The position numbers and the translations under genes were made by a program. DNA of 14,337 nt, taken from contig JAOZGP010000013.1 in NCBI GenBank assembly GCA_027491735.1, positions 1-14,337 of the forward strand, read 5' to 3'. The notes below the pieces were generated by a model, which was given only the letters and a program-made list of their open reading frames with translations, made no database searches and was not told the DNA's origin. The stretch is from Thermoproteota archaeon. GTDB taxonomy: Archaea; Korarchaeota; Korarchaeia; Korarchaeales; Korarchaeaceae. This document shows, piece by piece, positions 8,746 through 14,337 of the stretch. Numbering within the stretch: the stretch's first letter is position 1; each line of letters begins with the position of its first letter.

Positions 8746-8914
8746 ACGAGGGAGGATGACGTTATCTGTGGGATACGACGTGCGCTTGAGCATGAAGGGA
8801 TCTTACTGCATTCAGCGTTTTTACGTCAGTAGAGACATCTGCGGAGTTGACGAATGAATTAGCATGGAATAGTTCATGCCTTAAATTTTACTGGTGAAGT
8901 TTACGGTTTCATAG

Positions 8915-8936
8915 CGTTAACTTGTCGTTAACTTGT
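8915..8936. repeat. Perfect 11-bp tandem duplication (CGTTAACTTGT)x2
   Basis: Read directly from the sequence. Confidence 0.9.
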
Positions 8937-9114
8937 GTTTTATCGGCTTCAATGTGAATGGAATAGGAAATCAGGAGAAGAAAATCGATATCATCGCGCT
9001 AGGGCTTCTGACATGAGAGCTTGTGAGATCAGGCGTTTGCTCGAGGCTTCGAGCTCATATGCCCTTCAGAGCTTCAGAGCGGTCACGAACTTCCACAGTT
9101 TGGCGTGGGGAGTG

Positions 9115-9540
9115 TCATTTCTCCAGAACGAGCATTTTATTTCTGTAATCGATCGTGACCTTGAACTCCTTCAGGAAGTTATACCCCAACACCCCATCTA
9201 TCGATTTCTGGAGGACCGTAGTTAGGCCGAGTAGGTCCATGATCCCTACCTGCAGGTTTCTGACCTGAGCCCCTCCTACATCCACCGAGTCGACTTCGCT
9301 GAGCAGGATCGCCACCTTCATCCCTGCGCTGAGCCCCTCCTTTCTTCCTGTCACCTCAAGGTCCATGTCCTCCGCTAGGTCAACGGAGATTATGGTCAGG
9401 GAGGAACTGATGTCCACAGCAAAGGTATAAGGTCCCCTTCCGTTCACCTTGGCCTTGATAAGGACTATTGGCTTCTCCTCATCGACTATCTCGAAGCTCT
9501 CCTTGAAAACATTTTTATCCTTTCCCTCATCGCGATGCAT
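9115..9540 (-). pseudogene. Retropepsin-like (clan AA) aspartyl protease with a degenerate catalytic motif; probably inactive or decaying
   Basis: PIVLIKAKVNGRGPYTFAVDISSSLTIIS..LAE, SVDVGG..VRNL and DGVLGYNFLK.F.VTIDY match the single-domain retropepsin pattern, but DTG reads DIS. The start is uncertain: in-frame ATG 9540, or out-of-frame ATG 9512. Confidence 0.75.
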
Positions 9541-9541
9541 G

Positions 9542-9742
9542 ATGTCATTTCTGAAGAAGCTTTTTGTTAAACATTGTGCAAACTGCGGTAGGGAGATAAG
9601 GGGCAAGGACTACGTCTGGAGAGGAAAGCACTTCTGTTCCGAGAAATGTAAGAGGACGTACAGAAGGGAGCATAGAAAGAAGTACAGAAGAGGGGGAAAA
9701 GAGCTACCAAAAGATACGTTTCAGGCCATCTACTGGAGGTGA
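9542..9742 (+). CDS. Small basic TRASH/YHS-like metal-binding protein (66 aa)
   Basis: CANCGREI...YVWRGKHFCSEKCKRTY fits CxxC-x(n)-FCSxxC. TATA-like TTTTTAT at 9512-9518 is about 24 nt upstream. The start is 9539 or 9542. Confidence 0.8.
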   Translation: MSFLKKLFVKHCANCGREIRGKDYVWRGKHFCSEKCKRTYRREHRKKYRRGGKELPKDTFQAIYWR

Positions 9743-9747
9743 CCCCA

Positions 9748-11126
9748 TTCAAATACCTCTCGATGATCTCCAAGAAGCTGTCCTTCACGGGCTTGTAGAT
9801 CTCCTCAAAGAAACTCCTCCGGCTCTTAGGAGCTCTCCTCTGGAATGAGGAAGGGTACTTGATGGCCGCATTTCAGATCCTCCCATAGGTCTCATAGGGA
9901 GCAAGAGGGTCTATCCTCCTTGCTATTTGACGGTCGTAGTTCTCAGGTCTCTGTATCCGATCTGATCTGACTGATCTGACTGATTTGATTTGATCCGCTG
10001 ATCCCCTATGGTGAGATATCCATCTTGAGAGATGAAAACGAAGGCGAGCTCATCTCCGATCTTCTCTCCCTTAAATCCACTCTCTGGAGCAGAAGCCTTC
10101 AGTAAAGCTCTGACCATTCTCGCACTCACGACTTCCCCTTCTTTTGGTTCGAGCGCAAAATATGGCTCTATTCAAATCGAAGGACTTGACCCTTTCCAGG
10201 TCTCCAGTCAACAGGTAGTATCTAACTGCCTGAAGGAGAGCCATGACCTGAAATCTTCCGATCCTTCCAGGTGGGATCTTCTTGGCCACAACAGCGAACT
10301 TTCTCTCTCCTGCTCGCCTCACCTTACTCCTTGGGCTCCCTCCTCCGGAGTATCCTCCTACCTCCTCTAGGGACCTTCTTCCAAGCTCATCAGCCTTGCC
10401 TTCCCTATATCGATTCCAGTCCCTGTTGTGTCTGAACTCCTCAGGATTTATCCACTCTGGAGAAAACACATCGATCTCATCGGCCCGAAACACACAGCCA
10501 CAACATCTACGGTCCTATGCAAGGAGAACAGAGCTGTGAATACCCTCTTGAAGTCCATCTCATTTTCAACAGCTAAGGATCGTCTCATGCTCCTGTTCCT
10601 CCCGACTATGCCGGTCACTCTTTCCCTACATCTCCTCAGCGCATACTCCACAGCGGAGCAGGATACATCGAGGAGATTCCTCCCCCTGAGCAGATCCCGG
10701 GAGAAGGTCCTCTCATGGAGGTGAACATGACATCCTCTCCGGACCACTTGAGATGGATAGACTTCCTCACACCCTCCCTTTCGAGCTGATCCACAATGGT
10801 CCTGGCAAGCTCAAGAGTCAGCTTCCACTCATCAAGCTCGTTGTCTATGTCCAAGGTGTGGAGTAGATGATGTTCCTCGGATCGTTGATGCTCTTCCTCG
10901 TGGTCAGTGTTCTGCAGACGTTGGCCGTTGCGTAGATAGTCCTAGCTCTGGAGAAAGAGAACCTCTTCATGAGGCTGCTCACGCTGTCCGGATCAGGATC
11001 CTTAGGGGTGTGCTTTCCATGTATCTCTGAAGAAGGACTCGCCTGCCAATGCGGTCCATCTCCCCTGCAGTACTTGGCTATTTCCTCTGCCACATCCCTC
11101 CTGGAGGTGCTTAACACATCCATCAC
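9748..11126 (-). pseudogene. Fragmented AEP-superfamily (primase-polymerase/LigD-Pol-like) gene fused to an uncharacterised C-terminal domain
   Basis: Consecutive minus-strand ORF fragments join through frameshifts into one protein with AEP motif I (DIDN), motif II (KWSGEGCHVHLH) and motif III (ENEMDFKRVFTALFSLH). At least 6 frameshifts, a TGA at 9875-9873 and a 41-nt insertion. The 3' end is approximate. Confidence 0.8.
9957..10003. repeat. Degenerate (GATCA/TGATC)n microsatellite-like tract
   Basis: The minus strand reads GATCA GCG GATCA AATCA AATCA GTCA GATCA GTCA GATCA GATCG G. Confidence 0.85.
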
Positions 11127-11191
11127 GTCATCAGATCGGAGGGAGGATAAAGCACTATTTTCAAAAATATAAGTTTAAGAACATAGTTGGA

Positions 11192-11206
11192 CATAACTTT
11201 TTAAAA
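11192..11206 (+). promoter_or_regulatory. Putative TATA promoter of wtpA
   Basis: TTTTTAAAA at 11198-11206, 23 nt before ATG 11229, within an AT-rich divergent gap. No SD, consistent with a leaderless transcript. Confidence 0.5.
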
Positions 11207-11228
11207 TTAAAGAAAAATACTTGAACTC

Positions 11229-12254
11229 ATGAGATCGTCCATCAGACCCCTGCTGGTAATCGTCGTGGTAGTTATAGTGCTCGCAGTCTCAGTTCTCATG
11301 ATTTTAGGCCAACAAAAGAAAAAAGAGACACTTGTTGTGTTCCATGCTGGTAGCCTGAGCATTCCACTGAAGGACCTGAAGCCAGGGGCTGAACGATATC
11401 TGGCGTCTAAGGGCTACGACGTCACGTTCCATTTTGAGGCAAGCGGTAGCGTCATGGCCGTCAGGAAGGTGACCGATCTTCATAAAAAGGCAGACGTACT
11501 AGCTGTGGCAGACTACACACTCCTCAGGGACATGATGTATCCTGAACACGCGGACTTCTACATAGCATTTGCCACCAACGAGCTTGTGCTGGTCTACATT
11601 AACAAGAGCAAGCACTCCGACACGATAACAAGCGACAACTGGTTTGAGGTGCTCAAGGATCCGGCCGTGAGGTTCGGGTTCTCAAATCCAAACATGGATC
11701 CCTGTGGCTACAGGGCACTCATGTCGATGAAACTAGCTGACCTCTACTATGGAAAGCCAGTGTTCGAGGAGCTCGTTGAGAGAAACACCGACATAAGAGC
11801 TGAGGGCAACAGGATAGAGGTGCCCAAGGACATCTCCGTGACCGGGGAGAAGTTGGTGATAAGGCCCAAGAGCGTGGATCTCCTAGCCCTTTTAGAGAGC
11901 GGATCCCTTGACTATGCCTTTGAGTACAGGAGTGTGGCCGTGCAGCATCACCTGAAGTACGTGGTCCTTCCGGACAAGATCAACCTGAAAAACCCGTCGC
12001 TGAAGTCCTGGTACGAGCAGGTGAGCGTGCACCTGACCTCGAAAAACGTCACCATAACAGCCTTGCCGATAGTTTACGGGATCACAATTCCGAAGGGCGC
12101 TCCTCACAGGGAGCTTGCACTCCTCTTTCTGAAGTACCTCCTCACAGACGGGAGAGAGATATTCAAGAAGAATGGGCAGAGCTTCCTTCCCGAGCCTCTG
12201 GCGTGGGGTACGGTGCCGGATGAGATAAGGCCTCTGGTGAGGACGCCCTCCTGA
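11229..12254 (+). CDS. wtpA: Tungstate/molybdate ABC transporter substrate-binding protein WtpA
   Basis: VFHAGSLS.P, EASGSVMAVRKVTDL, VADYTL, FATNE, FGFSNPNMDPCGYR, KLADLYYG and PIVYGITI motifs. N-terminal hydrophobic anchor with no lipobox Cys. Confidence 0.93.
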   Translation: MRSSIRPLLVIVVVVIVLAVSVLMILGQQKKKETLVVFHAGSLSIPLKDLKPGAERYLASKGYDVTFHFEASGSVMAVRKVTDLHKKADVLAVADYTLLRDMMYPEHADFYIAFATNELVLVYINKSKHSDTITSDNWFEVLKDPAVRFGFSNPNMDPCGYRALMSMKLADLYYGKPVFEELVERNTDIRAEGNRIEVPKDISVTGEKLVIRPKSVDLLALLESGSLDYAFEYRSVAVQHHLKYVVLPDKINLKNPSLKSWYEQVSVHLTSKNVTITALPIVYGITIPKGAPHRELALLFLKYLLTDGREIFKKNGQSFLPEPLAWGTVPDEIRPLVRTPS

Positions 12255-12340
12255 ATCCCGCTCCCGCACAAACTCCTTTCTTTGTTCTCCTATGGTGTCG
12301 TGGTGGACGGTTGAGCGGAGGCAAAAATCCAGGGGAAAAT

Positions 12341-12351
12341 GAAAGTTTAAG
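12341..12351 (+). promoter_or_regulatory. Putative internal BRE/TATA promoter for wtpBC
   Basis: GAAAG-TTTAAG ends 27 nt before ATG 12378, in a 123-nt gap that also has a pyrimidine tract (12273-12291) after wtpA. Confidence 0.5.
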
Positions 12352-12377
12352 TCTTCTATGGGATTTTGGGGCACGTT

Positions 12378-13127
12378 ATGGGCAGAAGGAGTCTTGACAC
12401 GATCTTTGCTGCTCTGGGATCCTTTCTCCTCGTCTACATAACCTTGCCGATAACCTCGATGATTCTCCTACAGGCAGGAGATCTTGGATCCTTGGAATCG
12501 ACCCTCAGAGACCCAGAAGTCATCTCAGCGTTGGAGAACTCGGTGATCACAGCTACGGTCACAGCCTTACTTGCAATCGTTCTTGGGGTTCCCTTGGGGT
12601 ACGTGTTGGCCAGGAAGGAGTTCAGGGGGAAAGACCTTGTCCAGGGAATGGTGGATGTGCCCATAGTGATACCTCACTCCGTGGTAGGCATAGCTCTCCT
12701 CACGACATTCTCTTCATCCATCCTGGACAATTATCTAGGGATCATAGCAGCGATGCTCTTCGTATCCGCTTCCTTCACGGTCAACGCAGCTAGAGATAGG
12801 TTCGCGTCCATAGACGAAAGACTGGAGCACGTGGCCAGAACTCTGGGGGCCAGCAAGTGGAGGACCTTCACTACGGTGACCTTTCCCCTATCGCTTCCAG
12901 CGATTCTCAGCGGGGCCATAATGACATGGGCTAGAGCCATAAGCGAGGTAGGAGCTCTTCTTGTAGTCGCCTATTACCCGAAAACTGCTCAGATACTAGT
13001 GCTTGACTACTTCGAGGAGTTCGGACTGTCTGCTTCCAGACCTGTAGCCGTGTTGCTGGTGCTGATGAGCCTTTCAGTCTTCGTCGCGTTGAGGTGGTCC
13101 CTTGCTAGAGGTTCAGAGGGTAGGTAA
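12378..13127 (+). CDS. wtpB: Tungstate/molybdate ABC transporter permease WtpB
   Basis: [40 protein letters not shown]-like loop [21 protein letters not shown] and AYYPKTA. ATG 12378 is preferred to TTG 12366. Confidence 0.93.
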   Translation: MGRRSLDTIFAALGSFLLVYITLPITSMILLQAGDLGSLESTLRDPEVISALENSVITATVTALLAIVLGVPLGYVLARKEFRGKDLVQGMVDVPIVIPHSVVGIALLTTFSSSILDNYLGIIAAMLFVSASFTVNAARDRFASIDERLEHVARTLGASKWRTFTTVTFPLSLPAILSGAIMTWARAISEVGALLVVAYYPKTAQILVLDYFEEFGLSASRPVAVLLVLMSLSVFVALRWSLARGSEGR

Positions 13128-14139
13128 GAGATGGAAAGAATTTGAGCTCAGGGATGTGAGCTTCAGGATCGAGAGAAGGGAGTATTTCGTTCTGGTGGGT
13201 CCGAGCGGGGCAGGCAAAACTCTTCTATTGGAGATAATAGCGGGGATACGCAGACCGGACGAGGGCAGGATAGTGATAGGAGGTAAAGACGTCACAGACC
13301 TACCTCCGGAGGAGAGAGGTGTGTCTTATGTTCCTCAGAGCTATGCACTCTTCCCTCACATGTCTGTCTTGGACAACATCACATACGGCCTGAGGATAAG
13401 GGGGATGTCCAGATCAGAAGCCGAGAAGAAGGCGACTGGATTGGTGAGGACCTTGGGGATAGAACATCTATTGAACAGGAAACCGCACTGCATAAGCGCT
13501 GGAGAACAACAGAGAGTGGCCTTGGCAAGAGCTCTTGTGGTGGAACCAATTCTCATACTCCTGGACGAGCCCTTCGCCAACCTGGACATGAGGATAAAAT
13601 CGAGGTTGATGTCTGAGATGAAGAGGTGGAGGGAGGAACTTGGATTCACGGCGCTTCACGTCACGCACAGCTTCGAGGAGGTCATGGTTCTCGGGGACAA
13701 GCTAGGAGTGCTCCTGCACGGCAGGTTGAGGAGATGGGGTAAAATAGGGGATGTCATATCAGATCCTGGCGACGAGGACGTGGCCAAGTTCCTTGGCTAC
13801 GAAAATGTTTTGGAGGGGATGGCTGAGGACGGTTGCTTAAGGGTGGGTGAACTAAACGTGATCTTGCCCTTCACAGTCAGCGGAAAAGTGAGGGTGTGTT
13901 TCAGGCCGGAAGATGTGCTTTTATCCGTTGAGAGGATTGATAGCTCTGCTAGAAATCAATTTAAGGGCAGGATAACTGAGATGGAGGATTTAGGACCTCT
14001 TTTCAGAATTACAGTAGATCTAGATAACGATATAGTTGTTAGATCCTACGTGACCAAGGCATCTGTTTTGGAGATGGGTCTCAGAGAGGGGTCGAAGGTC
14101 TACGTATCCATTAAGGCCTCATCCTTAAAGGTATTCTGA
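13102..14139 (+). CDS. wtpC: Tungstate/molybdate ABC transporter ATPase WtpC with C-terminal TOBE domain
   Basis: Walker [10 protein letters not shown]-loop YVPQ, signature ISAGEQQR, Walker B LILLDEP, H-loop HVTH and the oxyanion-binding TOBE motif SSARN. Overlaps wtpB by 26 nt. Confidence 0.93.
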   Translation: MLEVQRVGKRWKEFELRDVSFRIERREYFVLVGPSGAGKTLLLEIIAGIRRPDEGRIVIGGKDVTDLPPEERGVSYVPQSYALFPHMSVLDNITYGLRIRGMSRSEAEKKATGLVRTLGIEHLLNRKPHCISAGEQQRVALARALVVEPILILLDEPFANLDMRIKSRLMSEMKRWREELGFTALHVTHSFEEVMVLGDKLGVLLHGRLRRWGKIGDVISDPGDEDVAKFLGYENVLEGMAEDGCLRVGELNVILPFTVSGKVRVCFRPEDVLLSVERIDSSARNQFKGRITEMEDLGPLFRITVDLDNDIVVRSYVTKASVLEMGLREGSKVYVSIKASSLKVF

Positions 14140-14175
14140 AACAAAGTAAGAATAATTCGCCTTCTAGGGCACTAG

Positions 14176-14337
14176 AGCTCTAAAGGTTCAGCTGTTCTCC
14201 TGTCTACAAGCAGCCAGGTCAAGAGCACGGTCTACGCAAGGGGAGCGACCGGCGTGTTCGCGGGCATATTCGACAGGTTCGAGAGCAAGAGCGGCAAGTG
14301 GACTGGAACGACAGTGCTGACGTTCAACAGCTCTGGA
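14176..14337 (+). other. Coding-like open frame without a clear start, running off the right edge (possible gene fragment)
   Basis: 54 open codons after TAG 14173-14175 (SSKGSAVLLSTSSQVKSTVYARGATGVFAGIFDRFESKSGKWTGTTVLTFNSSG), with G/C-rich third positions. No ATG; the first GTG is at 14254. Confidence 0.35.

Noticed and set aside
8971-9033. Minus-strand CTGA...GATGA...CTGA as a C/D-box sRNA
   Set aside because: No proper RUGAUGA C box, and the spacing does not fit the compact archaeal C/D architecture.
8935-9225. 96-aa plus-strand ORF
   Set aside because: No motif, atypical composition, and it overlaps the protease 3' end on the opposite strand.
9873-9875. In-frame TGA as selenocysteine or programmed readthrough
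   Set aside because: The context suggests a TGG (Trp) to TGA change, and the gene has many other lesions.
9957-10003. GATCA tract as a CRISPR array or iteron set
   Set aside because: Units are 4-5 nt with no spacers, and no cas or intact rep genes are nearby.
9748-11126. Programmed frameshifting or a mobile element as the explanation of the split AEP gene
   Set aside because: Too many independent lesions for recoding, and no transposase, integrase, terminal inverted repeats or target duplication were seen.
11156-11198. TATTTT-CA-AAAATA and AGTT-N6-AACT as ModE- or SurR-type operators for wtpA
   Set aside because: The AT-rich context makes such symmetry likely by chance, and neither fits the ModE consensus or the SurR GTTn3AAC spacing.
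11892-12374. 160-aa minus-strand ORF across wtpA and the wtpA-wtpB gap
   Set aside because: Mostly antisense to wtpA, with no recognisable protein features.

Overview
Archaeal DNA, probably from an anaerobic thermophile. The evidence is AGG/AGA and ATA codon use, TATA/BRE-like promoters about 25 nt before start codons, and the gene content; the lineage cannot be fixed from sequence alone. The intact genes from left to right are: a MarC-family membrane protein, an MBL-fold hydrolase with an N-terminal anchor, an FAH-family hydrolase, an L-fucose-isomerase-like protein (minus strand), two hypothetical proteins, a class II HMG-CoA reductase, a tungsten formaldehyde:ferredoxin oxidoreductase (FOR), and a complete WtpABC tungstate/molybdate ABC transporter. 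Between for and wtpA lies a roughly 2.4 kb decaying block. It holds a retropepsin-like protease whose catalytic motif reads DIS instead of DTG, an intact small TRASH/YHS-type Cys protein, and a heavily fragmented minus-strand gene that the ORF track shows only as five or six unrelated short ORFs. Reassembled, that gene is an archaeo-eukaryotic primase (AEP; PrimPol/LigD-Pol-like) domain fused to an uncharacterised C-terminal domain (GRFQVMALLQA...LNRAIF...EKIGDELAF...IYKPVKD), interrupted by frameshifts, a nonsense codon and a 41-nt (GATCA)-like expansion. No rRNA, tRNA, CRISPR array or transposase was seen.
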